A DNA stretch of 64,000 bases from Candidatus Latescibacterota bacterium (GCA_965222605.1 OZ244960.1:1600001-1664000); one strand, 5' to 3'; counted from the first letter of the stretch, positions 28,331-38,987 are shown. A program made the numbers and translations. Notes: generated from the letters alone by a model not told the origin.

Positions 28331-29917
28331 GTGGCAGCAATGTTTGAATACGGCGCAGTAGTTGGACAACCCGAATCTGATTCTGCAGCTATAAGCATAT
28401 TGAAAAAGGGCGGTAATGCAGTCGATGCTGCTGTAACAGCGGCATTTCTCGCGTGTATTTTAGCGCCTAAATCCTGTGGAATTGGCGGTTATGGCGGCGC
28501 GATGACCGCTTATATTGATGGCAAAGTCGTCTGCATCGACTTTAATACTGTCGCGCCCAAAGAGGCCCATGACAGAATGTTTCGCGTGACGCGCTCCGAT
28601 GGGCGATTTGGTTCTGCTGTCAGCGGTTATGCCAATGCAATAGGTTATAAGGCTATCTCTGTTCCCGGCGTACTGGCAGGTCTTGCTCTGGCTCTGGAAA
28701 AGTTCGGCAAAATGCCACTATCCGAAGTACTCGCACCCGCTATTCGCGCATGTGAACGCGGTTTTCGGGTATCGGCAAACTACGCTGCGGGTGTTGCCCA
28801 AAGCGAAGCGCGCATTCGCGAATTCCCAGAAACAGCCCGCTTATTGATGATCAGTGGCGAAGTGCCCAAAAGTGGAGACCGCGCACAAAACCCCTATTTG
28901 GGCAGAATGCTCAGTCAGGTTGCAGACAAAGGGGTGCGTGAATTTTATGAGGGACGCATCGCAGAGCGTATTGTCAAACACATTCGGGATAACGGTGGGA
29001 TTTTAACCCGAGATGATCTGGCAAATTACGAAGCTCAGATCGTTGACCCTGTACAAACGGCTTGTATGGAATACGATGTGTACAGTTCGCCCCTTTGCAG
29101 TGCTGGATTGAGTCTGGCACAAATGTGTGCCATAGCCGACGAAGCCGAATTAGATCTCTACGCGCGAGATTCTGCCCGATTGGCCCACGGCATGATTGAA
29201 ATTATTCGCGCAGCATGGATGGACCGCTATCGGCATTTTGGCGATCCAAAGCAAATACCTGTAGATACAGACATGCTGATGTCGGATATCAATATCGGTG
29301 CAAACGCCAAAGAAATTGCCACCTATATTGCCGAAGGAAAACGCGGTCAATCATTATTGAGACCGTTTTATATGGGTGGCACGACACATATTTGCACAAT
29401 AGACGCGCAAAGCAATATGGTCGCACTGACCCTCACACACGGACCGGGCTATGGGTCTTTTGTAACAATTCCCCGCATGGGTCTATTGCTGAATGCGGGC
29501 ATGTCGCGATTTGACCCCGGGGGGGGCTTAAAAAACTCAATTGCCCCCGGCAGAGCACCAATTATGAACATGTGCCCAACCATTGTGTTGCAAGATGGCG
29601 AGCCTGTCCTGACTGTGGGCGCATCTGGTGGCACGCGCATCCCATCGTCTGTCTTTCAGGTTTTGGCGCGAAGATTAGTACTCGACGAAGACCCCGAATG
29701 GTCCATCGCAGCCCCTCGAGTACATTCCGAAGGCAATGAATGGGTAGGCATAGAAGAAGAGTTCGGCGAAGCTGCGCCAGACTACCTCAAGTCAACCGGT
29801 TACAAAATAAATACAAAGGGCGCAGTCGCCGCCAATGTTCGGATGATTGAGATCGTGGAAGAAGGATTGCTGGCCATGTACGATCCGCGCATGAAGGCGC
29901 GAGAAAAAGGGTATTAG
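28331..29917 (+). CDS. ggt: Gamma-glutamyltransferase family protein
   Basis: GGNAVDAAV, GIGG, VPG, TTH autoprocessing Thr, GASGG.RI; start moved to GTG 28331. Confidence 0.85.
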   Translation: MAAMFEYGAVVGQPESDSAAISILKKGGNAVDAAVTAAFLACILAPKSCGIGGYGGAMTAYIDGKVVCIDFNTVAPKEAHDRMFRVTRSDGRFGSAVSGYANAIGYKAISVPGVLAGLALALEKFGKMPLSEVLAPAIRACERGFRVSANYAAGVAQSEARIREFPETARLLMISGEVPKSGDRAQNPYLGRMLSQVADKGVREFYEGRIAERIVKHIRDNGGILTRDDLANYEAQIVDPVQTACMEYDVYSSPLCSAGLSLAQMCAIADEAELDLYARDSARLAHGMIEIIRAAWMDRYRHFGDPKQIPVDTDMLMSDINIGANAKEIATYIAEGKRGQSLLRPFYMGGTTHICTIDAQSNMVALTLTHGPGYGSFVTIPRMGLLLNAGMSRFDPGGGLKNSIAPGRAPIMNMCPTIVLQDGEPVLTVGASGGTRIPSSVFQVLARRLVLDEDPEWSIAAPRVHSEGNEWVGIEEEFGEAAPDYLKSTGYKINTKGAVAANVRMIEIVEEGLLAMYDPRMKAREKGY

Positions 29918-29956
29918 AGTGGTCAGCCTAATTCGAATACTCAGGAGATAAATCAC

Positions 29957-31075
29957 ATGGAGAGATATCCCTTTGGCAGTGGGCGTCCCGATCCGGCATC
30001 GTTTCCCAAGCGGGAATTGGCCGAAGCTGCCATGCGTATTTTGCCCGAGATGGGCAATGAACTGGCACTTTATCCCGGCACATTGGGGTATCAACCAATG
30101 CGGCAGGTCATGGCCGATCGCTTGTTGCGGCGCGAAGGAATCGCCCCTCGCATTGAAGAAATTGCATTGACCAATGGCTCAATGCAGCCCGTGACCTTGA
30201 TGGCACAGATGTTTATCGATCAACCCGGTGACGGGGTGGTGATGGAGGAATTTTGTTATTCCGGCACAATTGGAGCGTATCAAAAAGAAGGCGCGGAATT
30301 GGTAGCCATTCCCGTGGACGAGCACGGCATGCGCATGGACGCGCTATCCGACGAATTAAAAAAACGCGCCGATAAGGGAAAGCTGCCCAAATTCATCTAT
30401 GTACTGGCGACATTCCAAAATCCCACGGGTGCGATTATGCCGCTCGAACGGCGAAAAGAATTGTTGCAAATTGCCGCACAATACGAGCTCCCTGTCGTCG
30501 AAGATCACTGTTATGCCGATACGGTGTACGAAGATGATTATTATGTGCCTTCGCTCTATACCCTACCGGCAGAAGTCCCCGTGGTACATATAGAATCCCT
30601 CTCCAAAATTTTGGGGCCGGGTGTGCGCCTGGGGTGCTTTTTCACCAAACAACCTCTCCTGGGCAAAATTTTGCAAATTCGTCGAGATGGCGGCACGAGT
30701 ACACTTGCCGCAGCTATTGTGTACGAATATTTCCGCGAGCACCTGTGGACCCATGTCAATCACATCAATGCAATCGTGAAAGAAAAGCGCGATTTGATGT
30801 TTGAAATGCTGGGACAATGTCCCGACGCTTTTGAATGGTTCAGCCGTCCCAAAGGCGGGTTATTTATCTGGGTCAAATTGCCCGACGCCACCGATGTGAT
30901 AAAATGCGAACAAGTCGCCGAATCTCGCGGGATTGATTACGCTACCGGCAAGGCATTTCACGTCCATCACGACGACGTGCCCTACCTGCGTCTCGCATTT
31001 GGCTACGCATCACTCGCACAAATCCGAGAAGGCATACCAAAACTGGCAGAATGTGTCATGGCGACACAGAGTTGA
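29957..31075 (+). CDS. PLP-dependent aminotransferase (class I/II, MocR/LysN-like)
   Basis: G.PDPASFP, FQNPTG, VED..Y, SLSKILGPG.RLG. Confidence 0.88.
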   Translation: MERYPFGSGRPDPASFPKRELAEAAMRILPEMGNELALYPGTLGYQPMRQVMADRLLRREGIAPRIEEIALTNGSMQPVTLMAQMFIDQPGDGVVMEEFCYSGTIGAYQKEGAELVAIPVDEHGMRMDALSDELKKRADKGKLPKFIYVLATFQNPTGAIMPLERRKELLQIAAQYELPVVEDHCYADTVYEDDYYVPSLYTLPAEVPVVHIESLSKILGPGVRLGCFFTKQPLLGKILQIRRDGGTSTLAAAIVYEYFREHLWTHVNHINAIVKEKRDLMFEMLGQCPDAFEWFSRPKGGLFIWVKLPDATDVIKCEQVAESRGIDYATGKAFHVHHDDVPYLRLAFGYASLAQIREGIPKLAECVMATQS

Positions 31076-31125
31076 GGTCGCATTTTTAAGCCGCTTATTG
31101 GTCTTTCAATAATGTAGATGTCGCT

Positions 31126-34100
31126 ATGGTCCCAAGTCTATCTCCCCACTTTCTCTCGCTGGACCTCGAAGTCGGCAAGCAAGATCACCGCATTCGCGCA
31201 TTCGCCGCGGTGCGTCCAGATGTTGATCACCCTCTGGTCTTCCACGGCGGCGACCTGGCAGCGGCGTTGGCGAAACTCGACGACTTCGCTGCTGGCGCAG
31301 ACTTTCTGCTTGGCCACAACCTGATCGCTTTCGATCTACCACATCTGAAAGCCGCGGAGCCAGTTCTACGGATATTGAACCTGCCCGCGGTGGACACGTT
31401 GCGGCTCAATCCCCTCGCCTTTCCCCGCAATCCCTATCACCACCTCGTCAAGCACTATCAGGATGGACAGATCAAACGCGGGCGATTGAACGACCCGGAA
31501 CTCGACGCCCGGCTTGCGCTGGAAGTCTTCGACAGTCAGCAAACCGCGTTACGCGATGCGCCGCTCAGCTTGCTCGCCGCGTGGCATTGGTTGACCGGGA
31601 CTGGACCCGACAGCGCGGGGTTCGACGCCCTTTTCGCTGCTATAAGGTACGCGCCCCGGCCAACCCACGCGGCAGCGAACGCAGCGATCCGCGAGCGACT
31701 TGCGGACATCGCCTGCCAGAATCGCGGTCAAGAAATTCTCAAAAATACCACCCAAAGTGGCTGGCCACTGGCTTATGCGCTGGCCTGGTTGTCAGTTTCC
31801 GGCGGGAATTCCGTGATGCCGCCGTGGGTACGACATCAGTTTCCAGAAGCCGGTAAGTTGGTTCGCCAACTACGGGATATGCCCTGCGGCGAGTCGGACT
31901 GCGATTGGTGCCAAGAGAGACACAACCCGCGCAAGGAGCTTAAACGCTGGTTCGGCTTTGACGATTTTCGCTCGGAACCGAAGGACATGGATGGCCAGCC
32001 CATGCAGCAGGCCATCGTCGAGGCTGCAATGGCCGGGGAACACATTCTGGGGATTCTGCCCACCGGCACCGGCAAGTCACTCTGCTACCAGATCCCTGCC
32101 CTGTCCCGCTACGACAAGACCGGTGCTCTCACGGTGGTGATTTCGCCTCTGGTCGCGCTCATGGCGGATCAGGTGGCAGGGCTGGAGGCTCATGGAATCG
32201 GCTCATGCGTGGCCATTAATGGATTGCTGTCCATGCCCGAGCGAGCCGATGCGCTGGACCGGGTTCGGCTCGGGGACGCAGGCATCCTCATTATCTCACC
32301 TGAGCAACTCCGCAATCATTCCCTGCACAAGGTACTGGACCAACGTGAGATCGGTGCCTGGGTGCTGGACGAGGCCCACTGTCTCTCAAAGTGGGGGCAC
32401 GACTTCCGGCCCGATTATCGCTACGTGGGGCGCTTCATTCGCGAAAAGGCGGGACAGAACCCGATCCCGCCGGTGTTATGCCTGACCGCGACCGCCAAAC
32501 CTGACGTGATGGCGGACATCAAACAGCATTTTCGGGACGAACTCGGTGTAAGACTGAAGGTTTTCGACGGCGGTTCTCATCGTACCAATCTGGCGTTCAC
32601 AGTGGTGCCGACGACCGGGGGAGAGAAGTTCTCGCACATCCACCAGATTCTAATGTCAGACCTTCCGCAGGAGACCCCCGGAGGTGCCATCGTGTATTGC
32701 GCGACGCGCCGTCAGACCGAAGAAGTGGCGGAATTCCTGCAGGTCAAAGAGGTCGCGGCAGACTATTTTCACGCGGGGCTACCGCCCGAGAGAAAAAAGA
32801 GCGTGCAACAAGGCTTCATCAGCGGCGAGTTGCGCGTGATCGCGGCCACCAATGCCTTTGGCATGGGCATCGACAAGCCGGACGTACGACTGGTAATCCA
32901 CGCCGACATCCCGGGATCGCTGGAGAACTACCTACAGGAGACAGGTCGCGCCGGACGTGACCGGCAGATGGCACACTGCATACTGCTCTATGCGACGGAC
33001 GACGTGGAGAGACAGTTCGGCATGTCGGCGCGCTCGCGGCTCACCCGGCGAGAGATTCACGGCGTCCTGAGAGCGCTGCGTAACCTGGATCGGAAGAAGC
33101 GTCTGGACGGCGAGGTCGTGGCCACCGCTGGCGAGATCCTCAGCGAGGACGACGAGAAGGTGTTCGAACGAGACTCGGCCACCGACGATACCCGCGTGCG
33201 AACCGCCATCTCCTGGCTTGAAGAGGCGGTACTGTTGACCCGAAATGAGAACCGGGTTCAGGTGTTTCCTTCATCTCTCCGGGTGAATTCGATGGAGGAA
33301 GCACGCAGTCGGTTGGCGAAGGCGTCCATGACCGACGACTACCGGAGACGGCTGCTCAGAATTGCCGAGACATTGATCGATGCCGATTCCGACGAGGGCA
33401 TCTCCACCGACGAACTGATGGGCGTATCCGGCCTGAGTGCCGAAGGCGTACGCGGTGCTCTGTACGACCTGGAGCGGCTGGGCATCGCCAGCAACGATAC
33501 GGTGCTGACCGCCTTTGTCCACGCGGGAGTGGCGCGTAACTCGCTCAAGCGCTTTGATGAGGCGGCGGAGTTGGAGACCGCCCTGATCGCGCAGATGCGC
33601 GAAGCGGCACCGGATATGGGCAAAGGAGACACCTCAATCCTGCATTTGCGCGTCGCCGCGCAAACTCTGCGAGATGAGGGAGTGGCCGATCCCCTGCCGG
33701 AACGGCTGTGGCGCATTCTCCGCAGCATCGCCGGCGACGGGCGCGGCGAAGGAGGCGACGCTGGCAGCCTCGGGGTACGGCGGCGGGATGCTGAGACGGT
33801 GCAGGTGATGTTGCGACGCGAATGGTCGGATTTGGAGGAGCTCGCGTCGCGTCGGCGTGAGGGGGCGAAGCGCCTGCTGGATCACTTGCTCGCCTGTCTG
33901 CCGCCCGGGAGTCGGGGGACGGATCTTCTGGCCGAGACCACTCTTGGCAAACTACTGGAAGCGATCACGTCCGACCTGTTTCTGAAGAGCAGGAACCCCG
34001 AGAGGTTGCTGCATCACGCCCTGCTATGGCTGCACGATCAAGAGGTCATTCGTCTCAATAAGGGCTTGGCAGTATTCCGTCCGGCCATGACCATCCGGCT

Positions 34101-36288
34101 GGAGGAGGAAAATCGTGGCTTTGCCAACGCCGACTTTGCACCACTCGATTTCCACTACAAGGGGCAGGTGCTACAGATCCATGTAATGGTGGAATTCGCG
34201 CAACTGGGCCTCAACAACATGGCTGACGCTCTGCATCTGGCCATTGACTACTTCAGCCTGAATCAGGAAGATTTCCTTCGCCGTTGGCTGCCAGATCGGG
34301 ATAAGGAAATTGCGCGGGAGACCACGCCCGAATCGTGGCGAGCCATCGTCGAAAGCCTGAAGAATCCCATCCAGCAGCGCATCGTCGCGGATGATCGGGA
34401 GCAAACGAACGTGCTGGTGCTCGCCGGTCCCGGCTCCGGCAAGACGCGAGTGCTGGTGCATCGCATCGCCTACCTCGTGCGCGCAAGGCGCGAAAATCCC
34501 CGCGGCATTCTGGCCCTGGCCTACAATCGACACGCAGCGGTCGAGATCCGGCGACGCCTCATAGATTTGATCGGCGACGACGCCCGCGGGATAACCGTGC
34601 TCACCTGTCACGCGCTGGCTATGCGACTGGTCGGTGTCAGCTTTCAAGAGCGAGAACGGCTGCTCGACGACGATGCATTCCGAGAGGTTTTGCGCCAGGC
34701 AGTGGCACTGCTGCGCGGTGAGGGGCTGGAGCCGGAGGAAGCGGACGATCAGCGGGAACGGCTTCTCGCGGGTTTCCGCTGGATCCTGGTGGACGAATAC
34801 CAGGACATTGGCGCAGATCAATACGAGTTGATATCAGCCCTGGCCGGACGGACCCTACAAGATGAGGATCGCAAGCTCACCCTCTTCGCAGTAGGCGACG
34901 ACGATCAGAACATCTATGCCTTCAATGGTGCTTCGGTGGAGTTCATCCGTCGTTTCGAGGCGGATTACGGGCCGAAGCCCACCTACCTGACCGACAACTA
35001 CCGTTCCACCGGCCACATCATCGCAACGGCCAACGCGCTGATCAACCCGGCGCGACAACGGATGAAGACCGGACATCCCATCCGCATTGACCGGGCGCGT
35101 GCGAAGAATCCGCTCGGTGGCGACTGGGATGCGCTGGACCCGATCGCTCGCGGTCGAGTCCAGATTCTGTCCGCCTGGCGCGACCCTATCTCGCAAGCGC
35201 AGGTCGCCATGACAGAGTTACAGCGCCTCGCCGGACTCTCGCCGAATTGGGATTGGTCCACCTGTGCGGTAATCGCACGCGAGTGGAAATATCTGGATCC
35301 GGTACGTGCGTTCTGCGAAGTCCACCGCATCCCGGTACAGATGGGGAACGAAGAAATCCCGAGCTTCTGGCACCTGCGGGAAACCCGGGAATTTGTTGAA
35401 TGGCTACGTGGACGAGATACCCGCCTGGTAGAAAGTGCGGATTTGGCCGATTGGGTAGATGCACATCCCCCAGGACCCTGGATTGAGCTACTGCGGCAAG
35501 CCCTGGACGAGCACGCTCTGGAAACTGGCGGCGCAGAAGTGCCGGTGGATCACTTCATTGAGTGGTTAGCCGAGTGGGGGCGAGATATACGTCGCCGCCA
35601 GCGTGGGCTCTTGCTCTTGACCGCACACCGCGCCAAGGGATTGGAGTTTGATCATATAGCGGTACTAGACGGAAGCTGGAACAAAATAGATAGGGGCGAA
35701 GACCCGGACGCACCGCGCAGGCTCTACTACGTGGCCATGACGCGCGCCCGACAAACTCTCGCGCTCGTGCGTTTTCAAGGATCGCGATCAGCAGGAGGTA
35801 CACGACCAGATTTCGTAATGGAGTCTGAACCCCCGGTGTACGGACGCTTGCACTCGCTACCGTATGCCTTTCCAAACAACGGCTCGATTCTACACCGCAC
35901 ATCCGGTGACTTGCAGCCGGAAACTCTGGAACTCGCACGTCAATATCGGCGGCCCAGTCTGCGCGAGATCAATCTGGGATTCGCAGGGCGTTACTACACC
36001 AACCATCCAGTGCATCGTGCAATAGCCGCTCTGTCGCCGGGCGATCCGATAGAGACGCGGATTGCCAAAACTGGCTCCTGGGAATTGCTGAACCAGTCAG
36101 GGATGGTGGTGGGGCGTCTTGCCCAGGCGTTTGAACCTCCACCGGGAATGCGGTGCAAGTCTGCTGCAGTCTTCGCCGTCGTGGATTGGAGCCGCGAAGC
36201 ATCGGAGCCTCAGTACCGCGACCACGCGAAATGCGATGCCTGGGAGGTTGTGGTGCCAGAACTGGTATTCGAGCCGGAGCACGAGTAG
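31126..36288 (+). CDS. DEDD-exonuclease-like + RecQ helicase + UvrD/Rep helicase fusion (1720 aa)
   Basis: LDLE, GHN..FD; LPTGTGKSLCYQ, DEAHCLSKWGHDFRPDY, QETGRAGRD; LAGPGSGKT, VDEYQD, GDDDQNIY, NYRS, H.AKGLEF, YVAMTRA. Confidence 0.9.
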   Translation: MVPSLSPHFLSLDLEVGKQDHRIRAFAAVRPDVDHPLVFHGGDLAAALAKLDDFAAGADFLLGHNLIAFDLPHLKAAEPVLRILNLPAVDTLRLNPLAFPRNPYHHLVKHYQDGQIKRGRLNDPELDARLALEVFDSQQTALRDAPLSLLAAWHWLTGTGPDSAGFDALFAAIRYAPRPTHAAANAAIRERLADIACQNRGQEILKNTTQSGWPLAYALAWLSVSGGNSVMPPWVRHQFPEAGKLVRQLRDMPCGESDCDWCQERHNPRKELKRWFGFDDFRSEPKDMDGQPMQQAIVEAAMAGEHILGILPTGTGKSLCYQIPALSRYDKTGALTVVISPLVALMADQVAGLEAHGIGSCVAINGLLSMPERADALDRVRLGDAGILIISPEQLRNHSLHKVLDQREIGAWVLDEAHCLSKWGHDFRPDYRYVGRFIREKAGQNPIPPVLCLTATAKPDVMADIKQHFRDELGVRLKVFDGGSHRTNLAFTVVPTTGGEKFSHIHQILMSDLPQETPGGAIVYCATRRQTEEVAEFLQVKEVAADYFHAGLPPERKKSVQQGFISGELRVIAATNAFGMGIDKPDVRLVIHADIPGSLENYLQETGRAGRDRQMAHCILLYATDDVERQFGMSARSRLTRREIHGVLRALRNLDRKKRLDGEVVATAGEILSEDDEKVFERDSATDDTRVRTAISWLEEAVLLTRNENRVQVFPSSLRVNSMEEARSRLAKASMTDDYRRRLLRIAETLIDADSDEGISTDELMGVSGLSAEGVRGALYDLERLGIASNDTVLTAFVHAGVARNSLKRFDEAAELETALIAQMREAAPDMGKGDTSILHLRVAAQTLRDEGVADPLPERLWRILRSIAGDGRGEGGDAGSLGVRRRDAETVQVMLRREWSDLEELASRRREGAKRLLDHLLACLPPGSRGTDLLAETTLGKLLEAITSDLFLKSRNPERLLHHALLWLHDQEVIRLNKGLAVFRPAMTIRLEEENRGFANADFAPLDFHYKGQVLQIHVMVEFAQLGLNNMADALHLAIDYFSLNQEDFLRRWLPDRDKEIARETTPESWRAIVESLKNPIQQRIVADDREQTNVLVLAGPGSGKTRVLVHRIAYLVRARRENPRGILALAYNRHAAVEIRRRLIDLIGDDARGITVLTCHALAMRLVGVSFQERERLLDDDAFREVLRQAVALLRGEGLEPEEADDQRERLLAGFRWILVDEYQDIGADQYELISALAGRTLQDEDRKLTLFAVGDDDQNIYAFNGASVEFIRRFEADYGPKPTYLTDNYRSTGHIIATANALINPARQRMKTGHPIRIDRARAKNPLGGDWDALDPIARGRVQILSAWRDPISQAQVAMTELQRLAGLSPNWDWSTCAVIAREWKYLDPVRAFCEVHRIPVQMGNEEIPSFWHLRETREFVEWLRGRDTRLVESADLADWVDAHPPGPWIELLRQALDEHALETGGAEVPVDHFIEWLAEWGRDIRRRQRGLLLLTAHRAKGLEFDHIAVLDGSWNKIDRGEDPDAPRRLYYVAMTRARQTLALVRFQGSRSAGGTRPDFVMESEPPVYGRLHSLPYAFPNNGSILHRTSGDLQPETLELARQYRRPSLREINLGFAGRYYTNHPVHRAIAALSPGDPIETRIAKTGSWELLNQSGMVVGRLAQAFEPPPGMRCKSAAVFAVVDWSREASEPQYRDHAKCDAWEVVVPELVFEPEHE

Positions 36289-36388
36289 CACATCAAAATC
36301 TGTTTACTCAGAATTTTTCTTGATGATTTGGCGTCTTAATGGTACACTTTATACGTGATGTGTGACTTCAAATTGGAGGTAAAGAAGA

Positions 36389-36631
36389 TTGGCCAGCATG
36401 ACAATACGTAATCTTAGCGACGACATTAAGCAGCGTCTGCGCATCCAGGCGGCTGAGCATGGCCACTCAATGGAAGAGGAAGCGCGGATAATTTTGCGTG
36501 CTGCGCTTATTGATCACACGCCTCCCATCAATTTAGCACGCGCTATACACGATCGATTCGCGCCCCTGGGAGGTGTGGAACTGGATATACCGCCGCGCGA
36601 GCCGATGCGCGCCCCACCCCGATTCGGTTGA
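36389..36631 (+). CDS. fitA: FitA-like ribbon-helix-helix antitoxin
   Basis: MASMTIRNL.D..K..LR..AA.HG.SMEEEAR.IL; RBS GGAGG. Confidence 0.85.
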   Translation: MASMTIRNLSDDIKQRLRIQAAEHGHSMEEEARIILRAALIDHTPPINLARAIHDRFAPLGGVELDIPPREPMRAPPRFG

Positions 36632-36641
36632 GTTATCGAAT

Positions 36642-37094
36642 ATGATCCTACTCGATACCAACGTTGTCTCGGAGTTGATGCGCTCCAAGCCCGATCCCGG
36701 CGTGAAGATGTGGCTTGCTAAACAGGACACCGCAAATGTCTTCATCTCGGTGATCACAGAGGCCGAGCTACGGTACGGCGTCGCTATTCTGCCAATGGGT
36801 CGGCGGCGAGATCAGATCGCAGCCGAAGTCGAAAATATGCTCAAGGAAGATTTTGCACGACGCATTCTACCTTTTGACAGTAAGGCATCACCCATCTATG
36901 CTGAGATTGGTGCTGGTCGCCGGGCCGCTGGCCTGCCGATCAGCCACGCGGACTGCCAAATAGCAGCTATCGCCCGTTGTCGCGGGGCGGCCATCGCTAC
37001 TCGCAATGTCGGGCATTTCGAGCACTGTGGCATTGAGGTAATCAACCCTTGGACCGCTCTTACAGGTCTTCAGTCAGAGAGTACAGAGACATGA
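36642..37094 (+). CDS. vapC: PIN-domain toxin (VapC/FitB)
   Basis: MILLDTNVVSE, ITEAEL, DCQIAAIA, ATRN; start moved to ATG 36642. Confidence 0.9.
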   Translation: MILLDTNVVSELMRSKPDPGVKMWLAKQDTANVFISVITEAELRYGVAILPMGRRRDQIAAEVENMLKEDFARRILPFDSKASPIYAEIGAGRRAAGLPISHADCQIAAIARCRGAAIATRNVGHFEHCGIEVINPWTALTGLQSESTET

Positions 37095-37132
37095 GCACTG
37101 TAGGACAACGGGAGATCAAGACGGAATAAGCT

Positions 37133-37357
37133 ATGGCGAGCCAAATTCACGTTAGTTCTAAGGCGGTTCAAGTCCCTGAGATAGCTTCTGAGCTTGATAA
37201 CACAACAGGCATGCCCTCAAGCACTGCTATCATCTGGCAAGAATGGACACAAAAACGCGCCCAAGACGCGCCGACTCTTGAACAGGTACAAGCAATCACC
37301 AAAAAAGTTAAACTCAATGTGACACAAACCATCTTGGAAGAACGTCGGAAATCGTAA
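37133..37357 (+). CDS. Small hypothetical protein, possibly an orphan antitoxin
   Basis: 74 aa, ends in ILEERR as many PIN-associated antitoxins do; no toxin follows. Confidence 0.4.
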   Translation: MASQIHVSSKAVQVPEIASELDNTTGMPSSTAIIWQEWTQKRAQDAPTLEQVQAITKKVKLNVTQTILEERRKS

Positions 37358-37412
37358 TGTCGTCGTATGATCCTGAAAATCCTTTTCCCTAATTAAAAAA
37401 TAGGAGTTGCTC

Positions 37413-38306
37413 ATGGGACCTAATGGCCTTCAAGCCACCATTGAGAAATTGCAAGACAAGATTAGGACACATTACTTTTACCTCCATAACATTGAAACAG
37501 CCGTTCGGCAAGTGCTGATTGATCCTCTGTTATTGGCGTTAGAGTGGGATGTTTCGGATCCAGAGCAAGTCCGGTTAGAGTGTCCCATAGGAAATGGACG
37601 ACAAGCCGACTACGTCCTGGTGTCAAACAATAAACCTGTAGCCGTGATTGAAGCGAAAAGTTTACGCAATAGCCCATTGGATGCAATCATTACGGACGCT
37701 CGCGTTTACGCAGATACTCTTGGTACTAAATATATGGTTATTACCAATGGCGGGGAATGGCGAATGTACGACGTTTCCGCCCAGCCACCAACCATACTCA
37801 TGTGGTTCTTGATAACTCAAACGCCAGTTCTGGAGAGCTCGTTGCAAGCATTGCGGATGTGGAAACCAAATCTTGCTTCCGGTAATCCCGCTCCCGCCAG
37901 TACGTCTCCGCCAGCATGGGTTTCGCTGACAATTTCCATAAACATAACCAGTCATAATTCCAGCCCTGTGCTCATCAGATTTCGTGATGGACACACTGAA
38001 AATATCAGCTCATCTTCCGCCGCGCGAGATATTCTAATAAAAACAGCGAAGTGGCTCACAAATAATGGCTATCTAACATCTGCAAACGCTCAGTTACTAT
38101 ACCCATGGACAAAAAAGGGACCCTGGTATATTTCCAACACACAGCCACAGCATCCTTGTGGCCAAGAGTTTTCAAACTCTCAATTAGTAGGTGATGGTGT
38201 GTACATCGAAAAAGATTGGGATCCTGAAGAGCGTATAGTCGCCGCGAGGGCACTTCTTGAACATTGTGGGGTGGATCCAGACACAGTCCAAGTCAGTTTT
38301 GAATAG
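37413..38306 (+). CDS. HsdR_N-like PD-(D/E)XK restriction endonuclease with a separate C-terminal domain
   Basis: E...R..LIDPLL.AL.WD, ADY.L, IEAK, ITNG.EW..YD. Confidence 0.75.
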   Translation: MGPNGLQATIEKLQDKIRTHYFYLHNIETAVRQVLIDPLLLALEWDVSDPEQVRLECPIGNGRQADYVLVSNNKPVAVIEAKSLRNSPLDAIITDARVYADTLGTKYMVITNGGEWRMYDVSAQPPTILMWFLITQTPVLESSLQALRMWKPNLASGNPAPASTSPPAWVSLTISINITSHNSSPVLIRFRDGHTENISSSSAARDILIKTAKWLTNNGYLTSANAQLLYPWTKKGPWYISNTQPQHPCGQEFSNSQLVGDGVYIEKDWDPEERIVAARALLEHCGVDPDTVQVSFE

Positions 38307-38312
38307 GAAATC

Positions 38313-38519
38313 ATGAAAGGAAGAGAATTTGTCAGGCGTGCCAGACGCTATGCGAGAGAGACAGGTGAGGAGTTCCGATTTGATCGACGCCGCGGCAAGG
38401 GCAGCCATGGTACACTCTACCTCGGCAATCACCACACAATGGTTAAGCACGGCGAAATTTCCAAAGGCGTTTTGGCAACCATGCTCAAACACCTCGGCAT
38501 TGACAGGAAGGAGTTCTGA
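38313..38519 (+). CDS. hicA: HicA-family toxin
   Basis: GKGSH motif, ML..LGI ending, upstream of hicB. Confidence 0.85.
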   Translation: MKGREFVRRARRYARETGEEFRFDRRRGKGSHGTLYLGNHHTMVKHGEISKGVLATMLKHLGIDRKEF

Positions 38520-38522
38520 TTC

Positions 38523-38957
38523 ATGCAATACGCTTATCCATGCAATCTGATTCCCGACCACGAAGAGGGCGAGGGATTCATCGTGACCTTCCCAGACGTA
38601 CCCGGAGCCATAACGGGGGCGCAAACCAGGGAAGAATCTCTTTTCTTAGCCGAAGACGCCCTCGTTGCCATGCTCGCTGTGTACGTCCAACAGCAACGAG
38701 AAATCCCAAGGCCAAGCCCTGTTGCCGACGATCAGGAACTCGTCGCAGTCCCGCCTATCGCCGCCGCCAAGCTGGCTCTCTATACGGCCATGCGCGAGCA
38801 AAGAATCACTGGGGACGCGCTCGCCGTTCGTCTAAACCTGAGCGATTCTGCCATACGTAAGTTGCTCGACCCGGACTGCTACTCTCATATCAGTCAGATC
38901 ATGAAAGCACTCCGAAATGTCGGGCGCAGCCTGGTCATAGAAGACAGAGCGGCGTAA
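38523..38957 (+). CDS. hicB: HicB-family antitoxin with C-terminal HTH
   Basis: GFIVTFPDVPGAIT....EE....AEDAL, AKLALY.AM. Confidence 0.88.
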   Translation: MQYAYPCNLIPDHEEGEGFIVTFPDVPGAITGAQTREESLFLAEDALVAMLAVYVQQQREIPRPSPVADDQELVAVPPIAAAKLALYTAMREQRITGDALAVRLNLSDSAIRKLLDPDCYSHISQIMKALRNVGRSLVIEDRAA

Positions 38958-38987
38958 TCGCCCATGATTTTTGTAGTGTAAAAAACT

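Noticed and set aside
25256-31075. Biosynthetic gene cluster (dioxygenase, dehydrogenases, GGT, aminotransferase)
   Set aside because: No scaffold-forming enzyme, and a terminator and new promoter split it; looks like ordinary catabolic paralogs.
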